From the NCBI RefSeq assembly GCF_009914755.1, contig NC_060929.1: a DNA stretch of 64,000 bases; one strand, 5' to 3'. Below the pieces are notes generated by a model, which searched no databases, had not been told where the DNA came from, and saw only the letters and a list, made by a program, of their open reading frames with translations. Positions 14,180-30,790 of the stretch are shown piece after piece (position 1 is the stretch's first letter; every line of letters starts with the position of its first letter). Source of the stretch: the human T2T-CHM13v2.0 reference genome, Homo sapiens. A program made the translations under genes and the position numbers.

Positions 14180-14822
14180 TAGCATTATCTCATACACTTG
14201 CCTATTTTATAGTGAGAACACTTAAAGTCTACTCGGCAATTTCAAGACTATAACAGTGTTATTAACTGTAGTCACCATGTTGTACAGTAGAGCTCTTGAA
14301 CTTATTCCTCCTAACTTAAATTTTGTACCCTTTGACCAATATATCCCAATCCATGTTCCAGCCCACCCCGCCAGCCCCAGAATCCACCATTTTACTCTTA
14401 GTTTCTATGAGTTTATCTTTTTTAGATTCCTCATATAAGTGAAGACATGTGAAGTTTATCTTCTTGTTCCTGCTTATTTCACTTAACATAATGTCCTCTA
14501 GGTTCATCCATGTTGTTGCAAGTGACAGGATTTCCTTCTTTTTTAAGGCTGAATAGTATTCCATTGTGATTGTATGTGTATTTGTGTACACACACTACAT
14601 TTTCTTTGTTCATTCATCCATTCATGGGCTCTTAGGCTGATTTGCTATTGTGAATTCTGCTGCAGTGAACATGGGAGTGCAGACATCTCTTCAACATACT
14701 GATTTTATTTCTTTTGGATATATATCCAGTAGTGAGATTGCTGGATTATATGATAGTTCCATTTTAAATATTTTGAGGAACCTCCATAATATATTCCCAC
14801 CAACAGTGTGTAAGGATTCCTT
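14180..14822 (-). mobile_element. L1MA 3' fragment
   Basis: ORF 14316-14591 encodes the L1 ORF2 C-terminus (MEYYSALKKKEILSLATTWMNLEDIMLSEIS). Confidence 0.85.
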
Positions 14823-15062
14823 GTAAGTTTTTCTAACAAAATAGAATGTACAATTTACTGATCTTTTGAATTAAAAAATTAATGCTTATTATTTGATGTT
14901 GAGCAATATTTTATAATAATTTATTTAAAGCTGTATTTTCCCAGTGTTGGGTACACTGGTCTCATATGATACTCATGAACTCCGCAGCCAAATTTTCTTG
15001 GGAAACTATATTATATTCTAATTCTGGATTATATTAACAGCCCTGAGGTGTTAATACAGTAA

Positions 15063-15506
<444 letters not shown>

Positions 15507-15593
15507 TAATCCATGGTTATGAATAAGACATTATTTACCTGCTTTGCAAATTTAGAGAGGAAATATTAAAATGATACATTGCCTTTATTAGAG

Positions 15594-15961
<368 letters not shown>

Positions 15962-16121
15962 TAATTGAATAGTATATGTTTAAACGATTTGAAATTTTGC
16001 GACTAGATTCAGAAAAATTTGCTGGACCCCATCTTATGCCATTTACTAACTTCACAATGAATGAGACATACCTCCTGGTCTCGAGGAACTCTTAGACTAA
16101 TTCTATTAGTACAGTAGCACC

Positions 16122-16429
16122 TTTTTTTTTTTTTTTTTTGCGGCGGGGTCTTACTCTGTCATCTAGGCTGGAATACAGTGGTATAATTAAGACTCACTGG
16201 AATCTTCACCTCCTGGGCTCAAGCAATCCTCCCACCTCAGCTTCCCAAGTAGCTGGGACCACAGGTACATGTCACCATGCCCAGCTAAATTTTTTTTTTT
16301 AACGTTTTTAGTAGCGACAAGATCTCATGATATTGCCCAGGCTGGTCTTGAACTCCTGGACTCAAGCCATCCCCCTGCTTCAGCCTCCCACAGTGCCGGG
16401 ACTACAGGTGTTAACCACCATGCCTGGCC
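16122..16429 (-). mobile_element. AluJ
   Basis: CTCAAGCAATCCTCCC diagnostics; TSD CAGTAGCAC. Confidence 0.88.
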
Positions 16430-17108
16430 TGCAGTAGCACTTCTGTGGATAAATTAATGCCAGCAAATTATACCAGATGGTTCATTTTAATGAAATTAAC
16501 CAAGTATCTGCTACGGTTTCTTCATATTTATAGTGTTCTCTCATTCTATTCTCACTCTCCACTTGGTTTAAAACAAAAATTGTATGGTAGGAGTCTTTGT
16601 TCTTCAAAGTTTGACAGAATATTGAGTAAAACAAATCAGATATACCTAGAAAATTTCCCTTACCCTTACCATATGAAGCAATAATTTTGCTATGAAAGAA
16701 TGACATGTAGAGGAGAAGGTATACAGAGGTTTGGTTGTGAATTATAAAAGTAAATTGTTCTACTATTTAATGTTTATGAAAATAAATTGCTCAGCTATGT
16801 AGAACAGTACATGCAGTAATATAATTTTCATGAGCTGCTGAAGGCATGAGCAGAACAATTATTTATTAATTTATTCCCTCATCCATTTTGTGATTCTCAG
16901 GAACCATTTATTGAACAACTGCTTTGTGCCAGGCAATTTAAGGTGGGAACAATATTTAGAAAGTTACTTTAATACAATGTGGTTAAAAGACTTAATAGGA
17001 CTAAGCTTTAGGATCAAAGATGGGGAAGATAACCAAGGGATGTAAAGGCAAATTTCTCAGAGGAGGAAATGCCTGCAGTGCCTGAATTATCTCTCAAAAG
17101 AGGAACGG

Positions 17109-17416
17109 GGCTGGGTATGGTGGTTCACACCTCTGATCCCAGAGCTTTGGGAAGCTGAGGTGGGAGGATCTTTTGAGGCCCGAGTTTGAGACCAACCTGG
17201 GAAACATAGCAAGATTCCGTCTCTGCAAATAAATTAAAACATTAGCCAGGTGGGGTAGCACATGCCTGTAGTCCAGGCTACTCAGGAGGCTGAGGCTGGA
17301 GGATCCTTTGAGCCCAGGAGTTCTAGGTTATAGTGAGCTATGAGCATGCCACTATACTCCAGCATGGGCAACAGAGCAAGATTCTATCTCCAAGATAGTT
17401 TTTTTAAATAAAAAAG
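17109..17416 (+). mobile_element. AluJ
   Basis: GGAGGATC..TTGAGCCCAGGAGTTC. Confidence 0.88.
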
Positions 17417-17434
17417 AGGAATAGGATTTTTGTC

Positions 17435-17563
17435 TATTTTTTACCCCTTAAGGTGGGGTTTTCCTGTGTTGCCCAGTCTGATCTCAAACTTCCAGTCTCA
17501 AGTGATCTTCCCACCCCAGCCTCCTGAGTATCTGGGATTATAGGCCTGCACCACCATGACCAA
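17435..17563 (-). mobile_element. Alu monomer (FLAM-like)
   Basis: Single diverged monomer. Confidence 0.7.
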
Positions 17564-19375
17564 CTAGACATAAGATTTAAAGAAAAAAAAAGAGAACAGT
17601 GTTCTGGTTTGGAAGAATATCATGAGCATAAGCATTTAGGTGCAAAGCAGCATAGTATATTCCATAACTCTACAAGCAGATCATTGTGACAAGAGTGTAA
17701 CAGTGAGACGGAAAAGGTAGAAAACGAGGCTACTAAGGCAGATAGAGATCAGTTGGTGGAGGATCTTCTATGCCATGCAGAGGAACCTGTATTATATCTC
17801 AAGGATGGCAAATAAGATTTTTTAAAATCTTGTACTCTTATCAATTATGAGTGGCTTCCTGAAAAATTGTGTTGCAGATTCTGACTTATGATCAAATTCA
17901 AGCTAGTGGAAAATTGCTGTGATTTGGGTGGCTGTGTAGTTTATTGTCCCTAATAGGACACTTTCGGGGGAGTGAAAGGGGCACCATTGATAATTACATG
18001 AGAACAACATGTATAAGTTGTGTCTGTCTCAGGCAAAATGGACATTTGTTCATTCTAGTCATGATCAATTATTCATATCTGCCATCAGTATAAAAGGAAG
18101 AAGTGATTTTTATGATAGATAATACGGAAACCAGTGTAACATTGAACAGGCAAATAGTATGATCACACTGATATTTTAGAAAGGCCTTTTTGGCTGCATG
18201 GTGGAAGATGGATTCATCAGGGGTTAGTGCCAAGCATGAAGGTAGGGGAGACTGAATTGGAGGACATTGTCATACTCTAGGCAACAGAACACGTTGCCTT
18301 GAACTAAAGTAATGAAACAGAACTGGGGGAAGAGCAGGTATTTTTGAGGAATAGTTTAAAAGATTGCATCAATAGAGCATGAAGCAATGCATGTATGTGA
18401 GAAGAGAGTAAAAGCAAAGATGAGGGTCAAAGATTTGGCTTCAGTGACTAGGTGGATAATACTGCCACAACCAAGAAAAGTAACCACAAATGAAAGAAAT
18501 ATGTTTATGGGAAGATGCTAAGTTCTAGTTAAACATGTTGAGTTAGAAGTATCTTTGGTATATCCAAGTTAGCCATGCATAGAACACGCTGGTGACCATG
18601 AACCTCCTGACTTCATTTTCTTCTGTATGGTTTCTGTGCTCTTGGTTTCTCTATTTAAAAATTTCTAACCTTCAGAAGCTTCTCAAAATTGCTCCTGAAG
18701 GCTTCATTTTCTTTTTTCAGTACTATTATAGGTTTATTCTTTGTGCTTATTTGTAAAAATATATTCACTTTATTTTAAAAGATTTGTGGCACAAGAAGAA
18801 ATACACATTTGTTTCAGCCCATGATCGTAATTAACTTTTTCTAGGGAATGGTGTCATAGCTTTTGTTGTTTCTCAAAAGGAATTATATAAAATAACTTTT
18901 AAAATGTTAGTGATGCATGATGAATCCTGAGGAACCCCAACATTTAAATGGCAGTAGACTAAGAGGCTTAAAGAGAGTAGCCATAGAAGTAGAAGGAGAA
19001 CTGGATGATGATGGACTCAAGTTAAGAGTGAAGAAGGAAGAGTTAAGACTGGCCTGAAGGAAGAAGTTGTTAATAGGATAAATGCTGTTGAGAAGTCAGT
19101 TCAGATTATATCTGAAAAATATCCATTATATTTGGCAGCTAGCTAAAGTAATTATAGAGGTATATGGCAAAACCCAGATTGAAGGAGTTTAAGGAATAAA
19201 TAGATGATGAAATGGAATCACATAATGTTGATTACTCTTTAAGAAGGTTGGATGAGAAGGAAATGGAATGGAACATAAAGAAATTGATAGCTAGCAGCAG
19301 GAAAAGCGCAGGGATCCTTTAATATTGCAGAGCATGTTTACAGGTTGTTGGAAAGAAGCTGTGTGAGTAAGATTA

Positions 19376-19690
<315 letters not shown>

Positions 19691-19828
19691 GAATATGAGA
19701 AGCAGTTGGATAATGGATGGAAACTGATGGAAAAGCTATGACAGGAATTCTTAACCTGTTGGAGAGAGCTTGGGTATGACGTTTGTGAAAGGGAGGAGAG
19801 GAAATAGTGTACATTATGATACTCTTAG

Positions 19829-20159
<331 letters not shown>

Positions 20160-21121
20160 TGAATCCTTTTTTTTTTTTTTAAGGAAGATATTTTCAGAAC
20201 ACAGTTTAGGAAACATAGAAGGATTTTCAGGTAACATGTAGAGCCTAGTTGAAGTATTATTAGTATCAGTACACAAATATGAGTACAAATTAATCACTCC
20301 ACAAGTTTGTGGTGATACTAATTTGCTCAGCAATGTAATATAGAGAAAGCACACAACTGGAAGGATTTTGGGCTGTAGTTTTGCCAAGACAGGTGCAAGA
20401 AAAGAATAATGCAGCAAAGAGGTCTTGGTTTGTGGCAAGAAAGTGGTTTAAATAAGATACAGTGTGGTACAAAAGGGGAGTCAAAGACAGGAGTAAATGG
20501 TGGGAAGAATGTCAAAAGGTCAAAGGAATAGTAGTCTTGCTGAGGGTGATCAGCAAGTACTGTGAGTGCAGTGGAGTGGGAGGGCTGCATGATGTCTGTG
20601 TTACCATACTCTGCTGGTTGTCCTTTTACCTGACTGCTCCTCAGTCTCCTTTTCAGACATATTTGTTCTGCCTGTGCCTTACATGTTTGTGCTTCTCATG
20701 GTTACCCTAGGCTCTGCTTTAATTTCTCCCTACTTTCTCCTGAAATTGCTATCTGTATCCTCATTATTCTTAACAATATCTTCAGCCCAGTTCTTGTGCC
20801 AGAGCTTCACATTCATATAGCTCAATTCCTACTTAACATTGCCACCTACATGTCTCAAATTCAGCAAGCCCAAAATTGAGTATACCACGTTCTGCCCCAA
20901 ATATATTTCCCCCACACCCCTCAGCTTCTTTAGCTTGGTAAATAATACTTGATGGAGGCAGAGGCCTGGAAATGCAACCCTTAACTACTGTTTTTCCCTG
21001 TACTTCAGTCCAGTTGATAGACAAGCCCTATTGAATCTTAAACATCCTAGTGTTTGTGTATTTTGCTTTATCCCTACTACCACTTCCCTTAAATACTGTT
21101 CACTGTCATCTTTCACTTAGA

Positions 21122-21735
<614 letters not shown>

Positions 21736-23942
21736 CAGACTGTTGAGGTAGCTTCCTAATAGGTCTCTGCCTCCAGTGTTGCTACCAGTTCCAATCCCTT
21801 ATTACCCATTCTGAACCACATTGTGATTTGAGTGATTCTTTAATCTGATCCCAGCACTATCCTACTTAAAACCTTTTCATTGTTTCTTTTTTCTTTATGT
21901 CATATGCCTCAAGAGCCTGCTCATCTTGTGGCTTCATCTCTACCCCATACACATTCATTCTCATTTCTCTAAATCAGTTCTGCTTTCTTGGAACATTCTT
22001 CCTTCTCTTTCTTACCTGGCTTCTTACCTTCTTATCCTCACCTTAGACTTTCTTTCAGGAATGCTTTGCTAATCATTCAAGATAGTGGTAAGTGAATTTC
22101 TCCTCCTGTATGTTCTTCTTGCACACTGTACCCTGTCTACCCTGTAATTTCACTTGGAATTACAGTAGCAGTTGCCTATTTTGTTACCTGTATTCTTCCT
22201 CTCATAAACTCTACAGTAAAGTCAGTAAAGATACATGCTTTGCTCACCACTCTGTACACAGGACCTGTCATAGTGCTTTGCAATATAAAAGGCTCTTAGG
22301 AAATATTCATTGAATGAGTGATCTTTATATTTCAGAGAAGAATATTTTAGGAATTATGGCATAGTAATAGAATATGTGAAATGAAATCGGATTAAAGATC
22401 TCTGAAGTTAGGTGTTCAGGGAACTGAGAGGCCAGATATACTGTTCTCATTCCTTTTTCTGTCTGTGCCTCATAAATAACAGGTGACTAGTTTTCTTATT
22501 ACATCTTTGTTGACATGTAATTCATGTACCATACAGTGAACCCCTTTTAAAGGATACAATTCAGTGGTTTTTAGTATAGTCACAGAGTTGTGCAACAATT
22601 ACAACAGTTTTAGAAGATTTTCAGGGTGATGAGTTTTTAAAAGCCTCCCATATAATTTTTATATGCTCATCTAAGGGGGCTTATTTTTTTCTTCTCACAA
22701 ATTGTTCATCTGCTAAGAAGCCAAAAGTATGGAAATGTCATATGTGTTTTGTATATGTTGAATTACTCGTGACTTTGGAAAAATTTGGTGTAAAAGAGCC
22801 AGGAATAGATGAATACCACCAAGAGGCCAGTAGATAATAGGACAGGAGATTGACTATGGAAGGTATGGGTTATATGCCTCAAAGGAAAAGGAATTTAAAT
22901 CTGAGGATAAGGGAGGAATGATGTCACAGCATTGTAAGCGCTACCCTCACCTCCTGACTTGGGGTGGATGAGGTAGGAGAGAATAAAACACCTGTATTTG
23001 AGGCCTGAGAGAAGCACTGTCTTTGGGAAGGGAGTAGAGCTACCGTTTCCATTATCTGAGAGTTAAGGAAATTGTTCAGGAATTTGAAATGTAGGGCAGA
23101 TTTTGTTTGCTGAGGAACAGAAAGGAATGTTTAAATGGGAGTAAGATTACAGGATGGAATTAACTAGCTGGAAGGTTTTCATAGGAGTAGGTGCAAAGAA
23201 TTAAGTAATAGGGTGACATGTGAGGGGAGAATTGGGTAGTTCTCTGTCCGTCTGGAGTCAGCCAAGGCTTTTATTGGTAGGATTTTAGGTGAATAGCAAA
23301 AAGAATTAGTTATATTAAAAAATAGATGGATAACATTTGTTGACTAGTTAGGGAAAAAATCATAAGAAAAAAGAAGGTCCAAATTTCCTGGGGGACTCCA
23401 CCACCGAGTGACTTACTGGTGTCATTACTGTAGACAGGATACACAAGAGGAAGAAAAAGAAGCAGCTGATTGTTTTCATCATTCTCTTTTCAGCTGCTAA
23501 CTAGAATAAACATTTAGATAACCAGACTAACTGTTCCACATTTTTTCCAAAAGCATCTTAGTGAAGGGGAATACTAGAGAGGGCAAAATAATATACAATG
23601 GAAAGGCTTATTTTATAACTGTATTAAATATATCACTGTGTTAATAAGTAACGGACTATGGATAAACTTAGTATATGAAATCTTTTAAAACGATATTTCA
23701 GTAGCTTGATTTACTTGCTTTATACTAAAAACTACATTTGTTGGATTTTAATATGGTTTCAAATCAATGCCTAAAGTGTTATCAAATCAATGCCTAAAGT
23801 GTTATTGTGTATAGTTAGATTTGTTTGTAACCTGCACATTGATACTTTATAGAAAAAGTGGTGTGTACTTATGCAGAGGAATTGCTGAATATATATTTGC
23901 TTTAGGGTTATTGAAAATTAAGCATTTATTTTCCTTCTCTAG

Positions 23943-24042
23943 TCCAAACCCCTGATACCTCTTCAAAAAGAAACTGATTCAGAGACCCAGAAAATGGTGC
24001 TTACCAACTACATGTTCCCTCAACAGCCAAGGACTGAGGATG
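23943..24042 (+). CDS. ERBIN: ERBIN exon (LAP-specific region; [12 protein letters not shown]...PRTED)
   Basis: ctctag acceptor, G|gtagga donor, 100 nt. Confidence 0.95.
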
Positions 24043-24585
24043 GTAGGAATTTCATAATCGATTTTCTTGTTAAAAACAAATACTAATTTAAAAGGTGTGA
24101 AGTGAACTTTAAGTCTCAGAGACTTTTACCAGTTTGATGGGACTTCAGAGAATTGACCAAAACAGTTTGTTTCGAAATAATGGAAAAATAGGGCACGATT
24201 TCAGGGGTTGAATTTAGAAGTATAAGTGTAGCATATGCTTCCTTAAATGATTCCTTTAAATTAAACCGCAGTGTTAAAATTGATAACTTAAAAACATTTA
24301 GCTGTATGCTAGGAATACATGTTAAGTGTTATGTGATAAGAATTATTAAACCAAGAAATATTTTCTTCACCTGTGAACTTAATATTACACTTGGATCTAC
24401 ACACTGGATCAGGATAATCTGTTGAACTCTGACTATAAATACTACTCTTAAATTCTTTTCTTTATTTTGCCCGACAAGGGGGAGTATACCTTTTACTACT
24501 GGGCACAGATGTTTTTATAGATTATGGTATGACGACCTTTTAGACTAACGAGCAAATTGTTTTTAGTATATGTTGTACTCTCTGC

Positions 24586-24605
24586 GTGTGTGTGTGTGTG
24601 TGTGT
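24586..24605. repeat. (TG)n
   Basis: Visible directly. Confidence 0.9.
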
Positions 24606-27600
24606 TTATTGTGTTACACTTAAAGTAACTATTTTTTATGTATCTTCTTTCTGACACCAGTGAAAATCTCTGTGGTTTGAAATTATTTATAAATTAATTC
24701 TTAGTACATAGAAACACTGAAGAAAAAATGTAAATCAGTCATTTCAATCATAAGTCTTAATTTATAAATTATACCACGGGCAAGTTAAATAGGTTCTTGA
24801 ACTTCAGTTTCCTTATCTTGAAATGATGATAATAGTTCTTTTGGAGCACAGCCACATTCATTCACTACAAAACACTCTGGAACCAAGCATTTCACATAAG
24901 GGATGCTTAACTTACGCTAGTATTCTGTCCTCTCATGTAAAAGAACAATTATCTAGTATATTGCATAGCTGATTATAACATTATTTAGAGGATGCTTACC
25001 CTTACTTCCTATTTTCCAGAAATCATCTTCAGAGACAAAGAAAAGTAGGAAATTGAGACATAAGTTTCAGTGAGTAAGACAAACAAAAAACTTAGCTATT
25101 GATGCATTCAAGTATTTGCTGTAATTCCCCACATGGCACTGCTTACAGCATAAGCAGGGTTTGCACTTCTATTTTTAACTTAATTTCTAATTCATGAAAT
25201 TATTGTTCACATAAAACAGTAATCACTATTGACAGCTTAATATTAAGTATACTATATTTTGTTATGGAAACATACTTCCATATTTTATTGTATTGCTTAA
25301 TTTGGAGATTATGGGTGAATTTAAATACATGGAAGAGAGGTTGTTTGTAAACCTATTCTCAAAGCTTTAACTATAGAACCTCCAGTGAATGAAGCTCTTT
25401 ACATTAGTTATCTCACAAATCTTCTAATCGGATTAGAAAGCTGAATAGGTTTTGCTACATCTAAATACAAGTCATCAGATTTACCCATGAAATAATAACT
25501 TATCAAAGCAAGTCTTTTATTGCTTCTGGCAGAGAGCAAGAAATAGTTATCCTATAGAAGGTAAAGAGTTTTCTAATAGTTTAGCACTAGTTCTGGAATA
25601 CAAGAGTATTTCAAAGCTAAACCTGCTATAACAATGCAAGAATAATAGCCAATTTGAGTCAGACACAATGCTAAGCACTTTACGTATCCGTAACTTCTCA
25701 TCTTTACAATAATCCTCCAAAATAGATGCTATTATCATTAGTTGCTTCTCACAAAGCTTAAAATATTTATTTGACCCTTTATAGAAAAAGTTTACTCATC
25801 CCGCCTCTAAACTGTCCGAATCATAGGTATATTCTTGCCTTGATTTCTTCTCATGCTGGTTTCTACTTTAATAATTCAAATCTACCTTGCCTTCTTTTTC
25901 TATTCTATCATTGAAATTTATTCCTTTCCTGTTTAATTTGAAAAGAGATCACAATTCAGGTAAAACATTTATTTCTGATAGGAAGAATAGAAGTAGCAAA
26001 ATCTTGCCACTACTAAATTTTGATTTTGAGATTTGTTTTAGAATGGAAGAGTTTCTAATAGAAAAGTTTGAAATACAGTATCAATTATGATATTCTGGGT
26101 CATCTTAGAGTTCATGTGTCACCTAAAGTATCCCATGGGTATTATAAACACAGCACTAAACAAGGTGAATGAATTTCCTTTCACCTTTAAGAAAGGCTTT
26201 TGTCTTTATCCCAGTGCCTCCAAGAAATAGATGAGTCAAAAAATATTATGTGTTTGGGTTTGGGTTTTATACCAATTTGAGAGAATTAGGCACTGTTCAC
26301 ACTTAATTAATTCTATTTTTCATCCCACCTTTGTGACAGGTATCGTGCTAGAGCTAAGTAAAGGCAAAAATTCTTGCCTTCAAGATTCTGAAGGTGGGAA
26401 GATTAAAAAAAAAAAGAGGAAAAAAGAAAGATTCTAAAGGTAGATAGTGATGAATAAATATGCAAGAGCAGGGGTGAGATCTTGGGCCTAGGTAGAGGAA
26501 TCAGTCTTAATCAGAGAGAAAGGGAAGTATGCCTTCATATAACAATACATTTGTAGCTAAGAAAGCAGGATATTAGTGGAAATATGAGTCTGAGGGTTTT
26601 TATTGCATTTCTTTTTACATTGAAGTGAAAGTTGCCTCTGGAAGTTGGGGTAAGGGCATTTCAGGAAGTGGTAGTGATTAATGTATCATAAAATCTAAGC
26701 TTAATAGAGAAGGAAGTAAAACCTAGAGTGATTTTACAAGGAGCAAAAGAAAGGTAGTTAAGGAACCAAAAGTTTACCAGCAATAATAAGGAATTGAGTG
26801 ATTTGGAAGAACAGGTGTAGTGGTCAAAGAGGTGGAAAAGTCCTGGGTATGACTATGGTTGTGAATCATTTAGCTGATGTGCATAGGGACATTGGGATTG
26901 AGGACATCAAGGAATTATAAAGTTGTAGTGTTGGGGTGGTGGGCTTATCATCCCACATTGACATCATTCAGGATATTAGCAGGTCTTAGGTGGAGAGAAA
27001 ATCTGTAGCTAAAATATTAGAGTCCTCAGTAAGTCTATACCTGGGTGATCAGTTTGAGTAGCCTCTAGAATGGATAGAAAGGGATATTACCTGATATCCT
27101 GAATCTTCAAAGATGTGAGATTTATACTAAAGAGTAGAAAGTGTAAGTGACGAGAATTTGACAAGAATGAGAAGCATGGTATAAGTTAACTTACCTTGGG
27201 CTTCTGAATAAATTCTGGTGTAAAGTTGCTTTAGAAATAATCTAACACTAATTGGAATCTCTGGGCCAAGCTGGTGATTGAAATTACTGCCCTGGAACAA
27301 GGGAGAGGGAATTATATGAATTAAAAAATAGACTTTGTTGGAAACTGCTGGGCTGTCCTTGCCTTTCCAATCATACCACAAAAGTATGTCAGTAGGAATT
27401 TGAATCACATTCCACATTTGTTTTGAACAAAAACAAATACACTACTTCATTGAGTACGTGTTAAGCAATTTAAAAAAGCAATTATAAGGGAAAAAAAATC
27501 TTGAATGGAGTAATGAAAACAAAGAAAAGGCTAAATCAAAGAATTTCATTCCCATTGGTAAGATTTGGTTTCATGACATCCTTAATTTGGGTATGAGATT

Positions 27601-27934
27601 TTAAAAGGTTAAGCAAGCCCCAAATAAGGGCTTAATAAAAATGATAATTAGAAGTTTTTGTATTATGTTATTTTTGCAGAAATATTCGAATTGACCATAT
27701 TTGGGTATTCCAGGAGTTTCTGGGGTTCTTTAAAGCTCATTTTGGGTACTTGTAATCTCTCTGTTTTGAGTAAAGGATAGTCATTTTCTTTTAAATTTGT
27801 GATTTTATTTTGTATTGCACAACTATGGAATGATATAAATAGTTGAATGAATTAATTTTTAAGCCTTATGTATTTTTTAGATGCCTAATAATAACAAAAA
27901 ACTGACAGTTGTTTAATCTTTGCTTTTGATATTA

Positions 27935-28163
27935 CAGGTTGAGTATCTCTTATCCAAAATGCTTGAGACCAGAAGTGTTTCAGGTTTTGATTTTTTTTTG
28001 ACTTCGGAATATTTGCAGAATTCATATCAGTTGAGCCTCCCTAACCCAAAATTCAAACTATGCCAAAATCCAAACCTTTTGGAGTGCTGACACAATGCTC
28101 AAAGGAAATGCTCATTAGAATTTTTTGCATTTTGGATTTTTTGGATTAGGGATGTTCACCCTA
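27935..28163. mobile_element. Tigger4/MER46-type MITE
   Basis: TA-CAGGTTGAGTATCTCTTATCCAAAA...TTTGGATTAGGGATGTTCACCC. Confidence 0.75.
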
Positions 28164-28635
28164 TATATCTGATAGAATATATAAGTGTTGGGTTTACCTT
28201 AAAATTTCCATTATTTTTACATTTTGATATAGAAAATATATTGTAAGAACTTAGTATATAATCCATATTATGTATAATGTTTAATACAGTGATGAAATTG
28301 CATTTCTACCATAGCACCTTTTAGAGCACTGCCCAAAACCATATATCTATGGTATTTTAATTGGTAGATTCTCTTCAGGAACCCTTCTGGTAAGAAAACA
28401 AGACGAATCAGCTTCAGGGAAGAAAGGATATGTGATTGACATTGTAAAGAAATCTTACATGGACATTATAAAGAATCGGCCAACGCATTAGGATTTCTAA
28501 TTTCTTGCATTGACCATTCTTAACTATTTTAGACTTATTGTAGTGAACATAACTCATACAGAAATTATGAGCAAGTGATAGTTTTCCATAATTACAGTAA
28601 AATATAGTAGGTTTTTGTTTTTTACTTTTCTCTAG

Positions 28636-28757
28636 TTATGTTTATATCAGATAATGAAAGTTTTAACCCTTCATTGTGGGAGGAACAGAGGAAACAGCGG
28701 GCTCAAGTTGCATTTGAATGTGATGAAGACAAAGATGAAAGGGAGGCACCTCCCAGG
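28636..28757 (+). CDS. ERBIN: ERBIN exon (VMFISDNESFNPSLWEEQRKQR...APPR)
   Basis: ctctag acceptor, AGG|gtgagt donor, 122 nt. Confidence 0.95.
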
Positions 28758-29695
28758 GTGAGTCTGTTCTTTATTCTTTAAAATTTGAAACAAGTCTGCT
28801 GATATTTAAGTTGGTATTATATATACTATGATGTCTGGGGATATAACAAAGTATTGAATTTATTCCTTGTCCTCAAGGCACTTGAAGTGTTATTGATTCC
28901 AAATATTTCAGACATGAAAGAATTTGGGAACAATATAAAACTATGTGATTTAAAGCTAAATTTCATAGTATATATAAATATAAGAGGAAAACGTTATTAT
29001 AGGCTAGAGAAATTAACCAGCACTTTATTTCAAATTAGTACCCTTTATGTTTAACTTCAGTTTAGCTGACTCTCCCCCCACCATATTCGTAATGATTATT
29101 TTCTCCCCTTTCCCTTTCTTTAATGATTTATTTTTATAAATCTTAGAGATAAAGAACTCTTTGTTATGAACATTTTGTTTCTTTATGGAATTGAAAACAT
29201 GTCACAGTGATAGGAGTAGTAAATACATATTTTTTAGTTACTTAATGAATGTAATTATTTGCCCCTTATACAAACTTAGCTGAATCTCAGAAAATGACAG
29301 GCTGACCTTGGAAAAATATGGCTCTTGGTATGTGAGACATAAATATACGAATATCTGAATTTTATATATACGTAGATGAATAGCTGAAAAATGTGTATCT
29401 GTTTCAAAGCTAAGTGACACAATTTTTGGCAATATTCATACTATATATCTCTAAATGGAAATATTTGAGTCTGATAAAACTTTTAAAACATTGAAATTTA
29501 CTGCAAAGTCTTATTTTGTCATAAAACCATATTTTTATCAAGCCTAAAATGCCTTCAAAGCCTATCATCTGTCTTCACAGTTATCCCTATGAGCTTGATA
29601 TCTAATGTAATTCAGATGGGTTACAGATTAAATTTTGTTTGAGATTGACATTAGAAATATTTGTACTTCATATTTTACTTATTTTATTTCTCTAG

Positions 29696-29869
29696 GAGGG
29701 AAATTTAAAAAGATATCCAACACCATACCCAGATGAGCTTAAGAATATGGTCAAAACTGTTCAAACCATTGTACATAGATTAAAAGATGAAGAGACCAAT
29801 GAAGACTCAGGAAGAGATTTGAAACCACATGAAGATCAACAAGATATAAATAAAGATGTGGGTGTGAAG
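29696..29869 (+). CDS. ERBIN: ERBIN exon ([16 protein letters not shown]...NKDVGVK)
   Basis: ctctag acceptor, AAG|gttaga donor, 174 nt. Confidence 0.95.
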
Positions 29870-30028
29870 GTTAGAAAATTCAAAAGGATTAACCAAAGCC
29901 TATTTCAAGTTCTTATTTTTAAATGACAGTTGATATAGTGCCCCTTTTCATGTACTCTGAATGTGCAGTCATGCACCACAGAATGATATTTCGGTCGACA
30001 TGCTCACATACATATGATGGTGGTCCTA

Positions 30029-30790
<762 letters not shown>

